Shown here: piece by piece, positions 42,913 through 52,102 of the stretch | How positions within the stretch are numbered: the stretch's first letter is position 1 | Layout: each line of letters starts with the position of its first letter | Source: a virus | DNA length: 64,000 nucleotides | Direction: 5' to 3' (one strand) | IMG/VR virus record: IMGVR_UViG_3300027804_000046 | Location: 1 to 64,000 of that record | Position numbers and translations under genes: made by a program | Notes under the pieces: generated by a model | The model's database searches: none | What the model was told of the DNA's origin: nothing | Seen by the model: the letters and a program-made list of their open reading frames with translations, nothing else

Positions 42913-43362
42913 ATGAAACCGCCAGTGAGTATTGACGTTCTAATGGAAGAGTGGGTAAAAGATGCAGGCTATGATGAGACTGAACCTCAGAAAGCAATGG
43001 CTAACATACCAAAACTTCATGCGAAGTATTTGCGTATCATGACACATCACAATCTCCTTGTCAAGAAGTTCTTAGCAGAATATAACTCACGGCGTAAGAT
43101 AAAGTGGGAATACTATTCTGGTGATTTGAATAATCCAGAAGATTTAGAGAAGTACGGACTAGAACCAATGATGAAGAAGGTGCTTCGCGCAGATTTGCAG
43201 CATTATCTTGATTCTGATACTGAACTAAATAACATACTACTAAAGAAAGTTATGCATGAAGAAATTGTTGAGTTCTGCAAAAACGTTCTGAAAGAATTGA
43301 ACAATAGAACTTGGCAATTGAAGGAGTACATGGCGTGGGAAAGGTTCATTGGTGGAAGTTGA
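42913..43362 (+). CDS. uvsY: Recombination mediator UvsY
   Basis: IPKLHAKY, KWEYYSG, YLDSD and L.NRTWQLK...W.RF..G. Confidence 0.9.
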   Translation: MKPPVSIDVLMEEWVKDAGYDETEPQKAMANIPKLHAKYLRIMTHHNLLVKKFLAEYNSRRKIKWEYYSGDLNNPEDLEKYGLEPMMKKVLRADLQHYLDSDTELNNILLKKVMHEEIVEFCKNVLKELNNRTWQLKEYMAWERFIGGS

Positions 43363-43699
43363 TTTGTTTATAGAGGATCTTCGTAACTGGATGGCAACTC
43401 ATCCTATTACCGAAGACGATCTAATGACTGCATCTAACAAGGATCATAAGACGGGCAATAAGAACCCGTTCTATGGTTTGAAGCACACCGAGGAATGGAA
43501 ACAAGCCGCGCGTGAGAGAATGATGGGAAACAAGCGAACCGCTGGCTATACATATAAGCGTGAGCATGTTGAACAGAGGGCAGCATCTAGAAGCAGACCT
43601 GTTACCATTCGTGGTGTGACTTACAGTTCAGGTCGTGCGGCAGCGAAAGCACTGGGTGTCAGTCCTTCTACCATTGTGCAATGGAAAAAGAATGGATAA
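43349..43699 (+). CDS. NUMOD3 plus HTH protein (homing-endonuclease-type DNA-binding modules, no visible nuclease domain)
   Basis: GNKNPFYGLKHTEEWK (NUMOD3) and VTIRGVTYSSGRAAAKALGVSPSTI (HTH). Confidence 0.65.
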   Translation: MVEVDLFIEDLRNWMATHPITEDDLMTASNKDHKTGNKNPFYGLKHTEEWKQAARERMMGNKRTAGYTYKREHVEQRAASRSRPVTIRGVTYSSGRAAAKALGVSPSTIVQWKKNG

Positions 43700-45170
43700 T
43701 AGAGTTGAAATACTCAATGTGAATGAAGCTTACGTGACTATTTTATGTGATGATGATATATCATATGAACTTAGAGAAGCTTTCACATTTACGGTACCAG
43801 GACACCAGTTTACGCCTCAATATAAGGCTAGATTATGGGATGGCCGCATAAGATTGTTTGATGTAAGAAACAAACAACTATATCGCGGACTTGTACCTTA
43901 TGTTGCTAAGTTTTGTGAAGAACGAAACTACGAATGGGAATATGAAAACGAAAGTTATGATGAGGAATTTTCTTTAGCAGAGGCTAACGAATTTGTAGAT
44001 AAAATAAGGCCGAAACATGCTCCAAGAGATTATCAGTTGGATGCATTCGTTCATGCTATTCGTACACGAAGGACTTTACTACTTAGCCCCACTGCAAGTG
44101 GTAAGTCTCTTATTATTTATCTTTTGGCTCGTTTTCTATCACATAGAGGATTGAAAAAAGGCTTGATAGTCGTTCCGACGATATCACTAGTAGAACAACT
44201 AACGTCGGACTTCAAAGATTATAGTGCTACGAATGATTGGAATGTTGATGATAACATACACAAAATCTATCAGGGTCAGGAAAAAGATACAAACAAGTTC
44301 CTGACAATTTCAACTTGGCAATCTATTTACCAGATGCCCAAGAAGTGGTTCGCACAATTTGATTTTGTTATCGGCGATGAAGCACATCAGTTCAAGGCCA
44401 AGTCTCTTACAGATATTATGACAGGACTAACAAATGCAAAATACAGAATTGGCACTACAGGAACTCTTGATGGAACAAAAACACACAGACTTGTTCTTGA
44501 AGGACTATTCGGATCAGTTCGCAAGGTCATTACTACCAAAGAACTCATGGACGCTAAACACTTGGCTGAGTTCCAAATCAAGTGCCTTCTTCTTCGACAT
44601 AGTGAGTCTATCTGTCAGGCTGCGAAAGGATTTACTTATCAGCAGGAAATTGAATACTTGGTCCTTAACGATGGACGGAACAAGTTCATATCTAACCTCG
44701 CGGTTTCCTTATCTGGTAACACACTCGTCCTCTACCAGTACGTTGACAAGCATGGACGGATACTCCACGATCAAATTAATAAGAGAGTTGGAGCTGACAG
44801 AAAGGTATTTTTCGTAAGTGGAGATACAGACGTTGAAATCAGAGAAGAAATCAGACACATTGTTGAAAAAGAAACTAATGCGATTATTGTTGCTAGTTTT
44901 GGCACTTTCAGCACTGGCATCAATATTAGAAACCTGCATAACATTATATTTGCTTCTCCGTCTAAGTCTCGGATAAGAAATCTACAGTCCATTGGACGTG
45001 GATTACGTACTAGTGAAACGAAAGATTCCGCTCAGTTATTTGATATCGCAGATGACATGAGATATAAGAAACATGAGAATTACACTCTAAAACATTTTGC
45101 AGAAAGAATAAAGTTATATACCGAAGAAAAGTTCTCTTTCAAGGTATATAAGATTGAATTGAAAGGATAA
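43692..45170 (+). CDS. uvsW: DNA helicase UvsW
   Basis: PRDYQ, SPTASGKS, GDEAH, TTGTL, GTFSTGINI and QSIGRGLR; start set at ATG 43692 (MDNRVEI). Confidence 0.95.
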   Translation: MDNRVEILNVNEAYVTILCDDDISYELREAFTFTVPGHQFTPQYKARLWDGRIRLFDVRNKQLYRGLVPYVAKFCEERNYEWEYENESYDEEFSLAEANEFVDKIRPKHAPRDYQLDAFVHAIRTRRTLLLSPTASGKSLIIYLLARFLSHRGLKKGLIVVPTISLVEQLTSDFKDYSATNDWNVDDNIHKIYQGQEKDTNKFLTISTWQSIYQMPKKWFAQFDFVIGDEAHQFKAKSLTDIMTGLTNAKYRIGTTGTLDGTKTHRLVLEGLFGSVRKVITTKELMDAKHLAEFQIKCLLLRHSESICQAAKGFTYQQEIEYLVLNDGRNKFISNLAVSLSGNTLVLYQYVDKHGRILHDQINKRVGADRKVFFVSGDTDVEIREEIRHIVEKETNAIIVASFGTFSTGINIRNLHNIIFASPSKSRIRNLQSIGRGLRTSETKDSAQLFDIADDMRYKKHENYTLKHFAERIKLYTEEKFSFKVYKIELKG

Positions 45171-45173
45171 GTC

Positions 45174-45671
45174 ATGGCTCAAGAAGTATATCATATAAGA
45201 CTGAACTCGGGCGAGGACTTGATATCAGAAGTAGCATGGCCTAAACCTAAAGAAGGACATGAAACTCATATTGTTCTAAAGAACCCGATGAAGATTGTAT
45301 GTATACCTTCCAGTAAACCAGGATTCGTTTCTTTATCTTTGATGCAATGGGTATTTGCTAAGATTTCTTCTGAGCAGGAATTTAATATCTACAGCAGAGA
45401 CATTCTTACCATGTCTAAACCAAATGAAAGTCTAAAAGACTATTACTTTGACACGGTAAAACATTTCTCTAGTCAGTTCAAATCCAATTCGATATATGAG
45501 GAAGATACAACTACAGAGGAATTTCTTGAAGAACTGGAAAGAGAAATAGATGCTGTAGTCAAGTCTGATAAGGTAGTAGAAGAAAGCAACGAAGATATGG
45601 ACAATCTGAGAGATGTGGTAAATGAATTTCTTAGGTCTCTATCTTCCAACAACAGAGGAACATTACACTAA
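45174..45671 (+). CDS. Conserved hypothetical protein between uvsW and gp55
   Basis: IRL.SGEDLI...L.NPM N-terminus and C-terminal TLH; typical position. Confidence 0.65.
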   Translation: MAQEVYHIRLNSGEDLISEVAWPKPKEGHETHIVLKNPMKIVCIPSSKPGFVSLSLMQWVFAKISSEQEFNIYSRDILTMSKPNESLKDYYFDTVKHFSSQFKSNSIYEEDTTTEEFLEELEREIDAVVKSDKVVEESNEDMDNLRDVVNEFLRSLSSNNRGTLH

Positions 45672-45934
45672 TGGCAAATGAAATAGTTGTAGAATTAGAT
45701 GAAACTAATGACTTTGGATTTAGTTTTCATGATGAGGAAGAGATTGTTACATCTTCTGGTGTAACAGATGAGGTAGACTTATTGAAGAATAGACTGAGGC
45801 TTTTAAGGAAGACTTATTTGCCTTTGCTTCAACATCTAGCAAAAGATCCTGATAAGCCTATGATTAAGTGGCCTAACAGGAAAGAGATACTTGATAAGCA
45901 AATCAAGAAGATGATTGAACTAACAGAAGTATAA
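45671..45934 (+). CDS. Hypothetical protein
   Basis: DFGFSF...PLL..L.KDPDK..I.WPNR motif; start overlaps the upstream stop. Confidence 0.65.
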   Translation: MANEIVVELDETNDFGFSFHDEEEIVTSSGVTDEVDLLKNRLRLLRKTYLPLLQHLAKDPDKPMIKWPNRKEILDKQIKKMIELTEV

Positions 45935-45966
45935 TTAAAGTTATTCATATCATCGATGGCATAGCC

Positions 45967-45995
45967 AATATACACATCTGTCAACCCTTTGTCAA
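45967..45995 (-). promoter_or_regulatory. Antisense sigma70-type promoter
   Basis: The minus strand reads TTGACA-AAGGGTTGACAGATGTG (17 nt)-TATATT. Confidence 0.6.
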
Positions 45996-46006
45996 GAGAA
46001 AAGTGC

Positions 46007-46588
46007 ATGAGCAAACAAAATAAAGTACATTATGTAGACAATCAAAAGTTCTATCAGGAAATATTAGAACACAAAAGAAAAGTAGCAGAGGCCAGAGAAA
46101 AAGGTCTTGAAGAACCAAGGCTCTCTAACTATATTGGTGAGTGTATATGGAAGATTGCAAACAAACTATCTTGTAAGCCTTGTTTCCTAAACTACTCTTA
46201 TAGAGATGAAATGATTTCCGATGCAATAGAGAACTGCATATTGTATTTCAACGATTATGATCCAAACAGAGGATCCAATCCGTTCGCATACTTTACTCAG
46301 GTAATATACTTTGCATTCCTGAGACGAATAAACAAAGAAGAAAAGAATAGGTATATCATATACAAGAATTTCCAAGAGACGGTCATAAACAATGGACATG
46401 CAGCACATCTGGTAGATGGTGATGATAATCACTTGCTTTCTGTCAACTTATATGATAATATAAACGACTTCATGGAAAGATTTGAGAAGAAAGAAGCAGT
46501 AAAGAAAGAGAAACGAAAGATTGCCAAAGAAGGTTTAATCAAGTTTTACGAGGAAGAAAATGAACAACGAAGTACCGTTTCAAATTGA
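46007..46588 (+). CDS. gp55: Late-transcription sigma factor gp55
   Basis: HYVDN..F, YIGECI.KIA..LS.KP.F.NYSYRDEMISDAIENC and NPFAYFTQ.IYFAFLRRI.KE; start set at ATG 46007. Confidence 0.95.
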   Translation: MSKQNKVHYVDNQKFYQEILEHKRKVAEAREKGLEEPRLSNYIGECIWKIANKLSCKPCFLNYSYRDEMISDAIENCILYFNDYDPNRGSNPFAYFTQVIYFAFLRRINKEEKNRYIIYKNFQETVINNGHAAHLVDGDDNHLLSVNLYDNINDFMERFEKKEAVKKEKRKIAKEGLIKFYEEENEQRSTVSN

Positions 46589-46745
46589 GCATCTGATTAC
46601 CAATCTGTTAAATCAGAAAGAGAATGTCTATATCAGACAGAACTATCGTGCAAGACTGGAATCAATCAGAGATGCTATTGACAAGTCTCTCAGAAAGTAC
46701 GATAATGAACTTTACACATCTAACAATCGGAAGAAAAGAGCGTAA
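46560..46745 (+). CDS. Small hypothetical protein
   Basis: GAGG RBS; overlaps the gp55 end and abuts gp47. Confidence 0.55.
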   Translation: MNNEVPFQIEHLITNLLNQKENVYIRQNYRARLESIRDAIDKSLRKYDNELYTSNNRKKRA

Positions 46746-47824
46746 TGTCTAAAGTTCTTATATTGACGGACACTCACTGGGGCGTCAGAAATGACTCCCC
46801 AGTTTTTCTAGATTATTTCAAGAGGAGCGTAGATGAGTTTCTTATCCCATTCATCAAAGCCAATGATGTGCGCCATATTATACATCTTGGCGATCTCGTT
46901 GATCGTCGGAAATATATTAATGTACTCACCCACTCTCGGCTTAGAGCAGATTTTCTGGAGCCAGTTAGTGCTTTGTGTTCTTTACATATTATTGCTGGTA
47001 ATCACGACGAATACTTCAAAGACACCTACACAGTAAATGCTCTAGATGAGTTCGTCGGCAATAGATATCCAAACATCAAGACATACTCTACTCCTACCAC
47101 GATTGAGATTTATGGTACTGAGTTCTTTCTTTTGCCGTGGATTACCAAAGCAAATGAAAAGCAGAGTTATGAAGCAATAGAGAACACTAAGTCTGCTATT
47201 TGTTGCGGTCATCTAGAACTAGATGGCTTTGAAATGCAGAAAGGATTGTTGTCTGACCATGGATGGAATCATCAAGTTTTTAAGCGATTTGATAGTGTGT
47301 TTACTGGCCATTATCACCACCGTAGCAGTCGGGATAATGTTCATTACATCGGTGCTTTGTGTGAGCATATATGGTCTGATTATAATGATCCTCGCGGCTT
47401 CATTACGTTTGATACACAAACCCGTGCTGTTGAGTTTCATCGTAATCCTTTCCGCATCTTCCATATGGTGGCTTATGATGATGTAAAGAATCCAGATATT
47501 CTTGAGAAGATTAATGCTACAGACTATTCCAAGTATAAAGATTGCTATGTCAAGGTTGTTTGTGTAAACAAAACCAATCCATATGCGTTTGATGTGCTGC
47601 TGGACAAGTTGTACAAAGAACAAGCGGCTGACATTTCCATTGTTGAAGATATCAACTCATTCACAGATAATAACTCGGAAGATTTGGTAGATGAGGCACA
47701 AGACACACTTACCATTCTTGACAACTATATAAGCGGTTTAACGCTTCCTATTGAATCGGACAAAATGAAACACTATATGAGAGAAATATATTCTGAGGCG
47801 CTATCTTTGGAAAATATAGAATAA
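46745..47824 (+). CDS. gp47: Recombination endonuclease gp47 (Mre11/SbcD-like)
   Basis: TDTHWG, HLGDL.DRR, GNHD, GHLEL.GF and GHYH metallophosphoesterase motifs. Confidence 0.95.
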   Translation: MSKVLILTDTHWGVRNDSPVFLDYFKRSVDEFLIPFIKANDVRHIIHLGDLVDRRKYINVLTHSRLRADFLEPVSALCSLHIIAGNHDEYFKDTYTVNALDEFVGNRYPNIKTYSTPTTIEIYGTEFFLLPWITKANEKQSYEAIENTKSAICCGHLELDGFEMQKGLLSDHGWNHQVFKRFDSVFTGHYHHRSSRDNVHYIGALCEHIWSDYNDPRGFITFDTQTRAVEFHRNPFRIFHMVAYDDVKNPDILEKINATDYSKYKDCYVKVVCVNKTNPYAFDVLLDKLYKEQAADISIVEDINSFTDNNSEDLVDEAQDTLTILDNYISGLTLPIESDKMKHYMREIYSEALSLENIE

Positions 47825-47890
47825 CTAAATAGATGTGGATCGCCAAGCTACCAACTTGCACCCACTCTAACGCTATAAGGGAGCGCCAGC

Positions 47891-48364
47891 ATGTCTATTT
47901 ATCACAAGCACCACATTATTCCAAAACATATGGGAGGAACAGATGATCCTTCTAATCTTGTAGAAGTTACCGTAAAGCAACATGCTTTACTACACAAACA
48001 ACTATGGGAAGATTTAGGTTATTGGCAAGATTATGCTGCTTGGCAAGGACTTTCTAATATGATGGGCAGAGAAGAAATAATACGATTTTTAACAACAGGC
48101 GAAAGACATCATCAATATGGTAAACCAAGACCTGATGAAGTGAAAGCGAAGATAAGTTCCAGAAGAAGAGGACAATCTCTTGCTTCTTGGACAGAAGAAA
48201 GACGAAAGAAAACTGTTGCTTCCTTGAAAGGAAAAAGACCTTGCAAAGCTACAATGGAAGCAGCTAGAAAAGCAGCTATCGGTTCTAAAAGAACGGAAGA
48301 AACAAAACAAAAAATGAGAGAAGCACAAAAAAATCGTAGACTTCGTGAAAAAGGTGTGATATAA
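47891..48364 (+). mobile_element. Free-standing HNH homing endonuclease with NUMOD3 repeats
   Basis: HKHHIIPKHMGGTDDPSNLV.VTVKQHALLH.QL; YGKPRPDEVKAKIS and GSKRTEETKQKM; located between gp47 and gp46. Confidence 0.85.
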
Positions 48365-48594
48365 TGACCGAGATAGATAAAGACTGGTCAAAGAAGTGTT
48401 CCGTTGTGTTACAGAATGAAGTATTACCTAGAGCAAAGAAACTTGGAATAACTCTTGATGAGTTTGCTGATGCCAGTGCGCTTAGTGTTTTAGCTAGACT
48501 TGAGTATGAAGGTATTATAACTAGAAGAACACTTAGAGAAATTCTTGATGAAAGAGTGAAGATTATACAGAATGATAAACTTCGAACTGATTAG
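48364..48594 (+). CDS. Hypothetical protein
   Basis: Overlap-coupled between the HNH gene and gp46. Confidence 0.55.
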   Translation: MTEIDKDWSKKCSVVLQNEVLPRAKKLGITLDEFADASALSVLARLEYEGIITRRTLREILDERVKIIQNDKLRTD

Positions 48595-50287
48595 ATGGAA
48601 AAATCTGCTGTCAACTGGTAATGCTTGGACAGAGATTGAACTAAACGCAAATAAGACAAACTTGATAGTAGGCGCAAACGGACATGGTAAGTCAACCATT
48701 CTTGATGCGCTCACTTTTGTTTTGTTTGGTAAGCCATTCCGCAAGATCAATAAGCCCATGCTTGTCAATAGCGTGAATGGTAAAGATTGTTTGGTTGAAA
48801 TTATATTCAAGGCATATGGCAAAGATTACAAGATTGTTCGTGGTATTAAGCCAAACATCTTTGAGATTTGGGTAGATGGTACTCTACTCAATCAGGACTC
48901 AGCATCAAGAGACTATCAGGAATATCTTGAAAAGTTTATTCTCAAGATGAATATGAAATCTTTCTGTCAGATTGTCATTCTTGGTTCAGCATCATTCACT
49001 CCGTTCATGCAGTTGACTCCTGCTGACCGTCGAACAATTATTGAAGACTTGCTTGATATCCAAATCTTCTCCGTGATGAACTTGCTGGTAAAGCAACGCG
49101 CTCAAGAGAATAAAGAAAAGTTGGAAAACACGCGAGTTGTCATGCGCTCGACAACCGAGAAGAAAGATTATATTGAGAAGACATTGGTCAGTTTGAGACA
49201 GACTAACGATGATAGACTGGCTGAACTTGAAAAGCAGTATCAAGACCTTGCACAACAAAAGAAAGATATAATTTCTGATGTTGAGAAGATTGTCGCAGAG
49301 AAGAAGCAACTGCAAGATGATGTTAATGACCTATCTGAAATAAAAAAGCAGTTTCACGATACCGTAAAACTTTATACTCAGTTTGATACAGAAGCAAAGC
49401 GGTTGGATGCTGAAAAAGAAATGTTGAAAACTACCGATAACTGCCCGACTTGTAAGCAAACAATTGAGAAGTCGTTCAAGTCTCAGCGTGTATTGGATCT
49501 TGGTAATACAATTAGCGGTCTAGTTGTTCAAGCCACAACAACAGAAGGCCAATCTAACATTTTACTTGCTGAGATTAGCAATAAAGAAAACCAAGTCAAG
49601 CGCATTCAGGCTATCTCTGCTGACATTTCAGCTAAGAAGCAAACGATGATGCATCTTGTTTCTACGATGAACGATATAGAAGATTCCATCGACAAGATTA
49701 AGAATGCTGACAAACTAGTTCAGAACAGCGAAGAAGATTTGCTAAAGACTGTTGGCGAGATAGAAAGAATCGAAGGAGTCATCAAGTTTCAGATGACAGA
49801 GAGAGTTATGATTGATACTGCTTCTGCGCTACTGAAAGATGGTGGAATCAAGACGAAGATTATCAAGCAATATATTCCAATCATCAATAAGTTGGTCAAC
49901 AAGTATCTTGACAGAATGGGCTTCTTTGTCAACTTCAACATCGATGAAAACTTCAACGAGGTAATAAAGTCTCGGTATCGTGATGAGTTTGCTTATGCCA
50001 ATTTCTCAGAAGGTGAGAAGACACGAATCGATTTGGCTTTGATGTTTACTTGGCGTTCCATTGCCAAGATGAAGAATAGTGTCAACACCAACTTGCTCAT
50101 TCTGGACGAAATTCTAGATGGAAGTCTAGATGCAAATGGAACAGATGAGTTTCTGAAAATCATAAAGACATTGACAGACGATACAAATACATATATAATC
50201 TCACACAAGACTGACACTATTGCCGATAAGTTTGACAAGACATATAGATTTGAGAAGATTAGAAACTTTAGCAGGTTGATGACATGA
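48572..50287 (+). CDS. gp46: Recombination ATPase gp46 (Rad50/SbcC-like)
   Basis: GANGHGKST Walker A, CPTC zinc hook, FSEGEK signature, LILDEILD and ISHK. Confidence 0.97.
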   Translation: MINFELIRWKNLLSTGNAWTEIELNANKTNLIVGANGHGKSTILDALTFVLFGKPFRKINKPMLVNSVNGKDCLVEIIFKAYGKDYKIVRGIKPNIFEIWVDGTLLNQDSASRDYQEYLEKFILKMNMKSFCQIVILGSASFTPFMQLTPADRRTIIEDLLDIQIFSVMNLLVKQRAQENKEKLENTRVVMRSTTEKKDYIEKTLVSLRQTNDDRLAELEKQYQDLAQQKKDIISDVEKIVAEKKQLQDDVNDLSEIKKQFHDTVKLYTQFDTEAKRLDAEKEMLKTTDNCPTCKQTIEKSFKSQRVLDLGNTISGLVVQATTTEGQSNILLAEISNKENQVKRIQAISADISAKKQTMMHLVSTMNDIEDSIDKIKNADKLVQNSEEDLLKTVGEIERIEGVIKFQMTERVMIDTASALLKDGGIKTKIIKQYIPIINKLVNKYLDRMGFFVNFNIDENFNEVIKSRYRDEFAYANFSEGEKTRIDLALMFTWRSIAKMKNSVNTNLLILDEILDGSLDANGTDEFLKIIKTLTDDTNTYIISHKTDTIADKFDKTYRFEKIRNFSRLMT

Positions 50288-50466
50288 CAGAAAAAGGTTT
50301 GTATGAAGGAGGACGAAGACGCGGCAAATTTAATTATGGTAAAAAGATTGACCGCCATAAGCAATGGGAACTTGAAAAACGCGATCAAGACCATGAAAGA
50401 ATGGTTAGAGATTTTTTTGCAGAGAGAGCCAGAAATAGAAAGAGAAACGGAAAGAATAAGAGATGA
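50284..50466 (+). CDS. Small basic hypothetical protein
   Basis: ATGA overlaps at both ends. Confidence 0.5.
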   Translation: MTEKGLYEGGRRRGKFNYGKKIDRHKQWELEKRDQDHERMVRDFFAERARNRKRNGKNKR

Positions 50467-50798
50467 CAGTAAAAGAATCCGCAGAATACGATAACTTCCT
50501 AGGCAAGAAAGAAGAAACCGCGAAAGAACAAACTCTCGCCGAATTTCTTGGCATGGAAGAAACTGATGAGAATGAGAGAGAAAAACTTTGGGTAGGAATG
50601 CCTGAGTTTGAACAGAAAGATAATCCACCGTTCAAGACACTATATCTTCATTTCCGTAATAAGCAAGACTTTGATGAGTTCCGCACAAAGTATGCACAAG
50701 TGGATGACGAACAGACTATTACAGATAAGACCAAGAGTATGTGGTATCCACATCTTGACAAGGACGAAAACTCTTTGAAGCGTTGGTTTGAAGAATGA
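50463..50798 (+). CDS. Small protein coupled to the downstream glycosyltransferase
   Basis: W.GMPEF.Q...HFRN..D.DEF...Q.ITDKTKSMWYP; ATGA overlap with the glycosyltransferase. Confidence 0.65.
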   Translation: MTVKESAEYDNFLGKKEETAKEQTLAEFLGMEETDENEREKLWVGMPEFEQKDNPPFKTLYLHFRNKQDFDEFRTKYAQVDDEQTITDKTKSMWYPHLDKDENSLKRWFEE

Positions 50799-51769
50799 CG
50801 AATCCGACACATCCCGTTTATATCATCTCGAAAGGTAGACATGATACAATGTATACCTCGCGCTCACTTGCGCGTATGAAGATTCCACATTACATTGCAA
50901 TTGAACCACAGGATGAAAAACTCTATGATGAAGCGTTGGATAACTTTGGCATTCGTGACTATGTTACCCTTCTTGTGGCTCCTTTTTCTAACCATGGTGA
51001 CGGCCCTGGTCGCGCAAGAAACTGGTGTTGGGATCACTCTATCTCAATAGGTGCAGAGAAGCATTGGGTATGTGATGATAACATCTCCGATTTCTATCGT
51101 CTACACAAGAACCAACGCATTCGTGTGGAATCTGGTGTAATCTTCAAGGCCGCAGAAGATTTTGTTGACAGATTTGAAAATGTTCCTATCTCAGGCTTTC
51201 AGTATAGGTTCTTTATTGCACCTAATCAGGCTTATCCACCTTTCAGTATTAACACTCGTATCTATTCCACTCTGCTTATCTCTAATGATTGTAAGCATCG
51301 TTGGCGCGGTCGTTACAACGAAGATACCGATATCTGTCTTCGCGTATTGAAAGATGGCGATTGTACAATTCAGTTCAATGCATTTCTGCAAGGCAAGTCT
51401 GCTACTCAAACTGTGAAGGGCGGCAATACAGCAGAGTTCTATCATGCAGAAGGTGAACTAGACAAGAGCAAGTGGCGTGATGGACAATTGAATGCAACAG
51501 GCACAATCAATAAGTCTCAGATGCTAGTTGACATGCATCCTGATGTTGCTCGGATGGTGTGGCGATATGGTCGTTGGCATCATTATGTGGATTATTTGCC
51601 GTTTCAAAAGCCAGAGCGAGAATTGAATCCAGAACAGTTACAGATTAGGCGAAACATCGGACTTGGTCCAGATGACAATCGGCTGAGACTGAAATCTGGA
51701 GTTGATTTATCAACCTTACCTAAGGTCAACAATTACGGTATGGTTCTCAAAAAGATATCAAAGACTTAG
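50795..51769 (+). CDS. GT-A fold glycosyltransferase, GREB1/TET-associated-like
   Basis: PVYIISKGR, G.ARNWCWDH, HWVCDDNI, RIYS.LLI, WRGRYNEDTDICLRVL and K..TQT.KGGNT. Confidence 0.65.
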   Translation: MTNPTHPVYIISKGRHDTMYTSRSLARMKIPHYIAIEPQDEKLYDEALDNFGIRDYVTLLVAPFSNHGDGPGRARNWCWDHSISIGAEKHWVCDDNISDFYRLHKNQRIRVESGVIFKAAEDFVDRFENVPISGFQYRFFIAPNQAYPPFSINTRIYSTLLISNDCKHRWRGRYNEDTDICLRVLKDGDCTIQFNAFLQGKSATQTVKGGNTAEFYHAEGELDKSKWRDGQLNATGTINKSQMLVDMHPDVARMVWRYGRWHHYVDYLPFQKPERELNPEQLQIRRNIGLGPDDNRLRLKSGVDLSTLPKVNNYGMVLKKISKT

Positions 51770-51895
51770 CCGAACTCAATAAAATCAAGCACTTAGCCAT
51801 CAGCTATGCGTCCTAAGCATGGCTGGTATGCATTTTGATCTCTTGTAAATCCGACTTGCCATCCCCATCTATAGTATATGACAACGGAGAACACT

Positions 51896-52054
51896 ATGAC
51901 CAAGATCCTGCTCAAGATTGAAGAATATCTTGCTTATAGCACCATCTATCAGACTTTCATTTCTCCGCTTTTCGCTCTTAAATTGCAGATCCGTCTTCAC
52001 AAGATGTTTCCGAAGACGTTTGCTCATACGCCGACCAATCAATATTGTGATTGA
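51896..52054 (+). CDS. Small hypothetical early protein (52 aa, absent from the ORF track)
   Basis: GGAG RBS then MTKILLKIEEYLAYSTIYQTFISPLFALKLQIRLHKMFPKTFAHTPTNQYCD*. Confidence 0.5.
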   Translation: MTKILLKIEEYLAYSTIYQTFISPLFALKLQIRLHKMFPKTFAHTPTNQYCD

Positions 52055-52079
52055 CAAGCGCCGCAAATCCATCTATTCT
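52051..52079 (+). promoter_or_regulatory. Sigma70-type early promoter
   Basis: TTGACA-N17-TATTCT upstream of the gene at 52103. Confidence 0.65.
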
Positions 52080-52102
52080 ATGTCCATAATAACGAGGACA
52101 CT

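Noticed and set aside
43635-43691. GTG-start N-terminal extension of UvsW
   Set aside because: It lies within the NUMOD3 gene; ATG 43692 overlapping that gene's end is the more plausible start.
45829-46014. 61-aa minus-strand ORF near the antisense promoter
   Set aside because: It starts upstream of the predicted TSS, overlaps two + strand genes and has no RBS.
28949-50287. Introns or inteins in terminase, portal, capsid, UvsW or gp46
   Set aside because: All ORFs are continuous and of ordinary length, with no intein or group I intron signatures.
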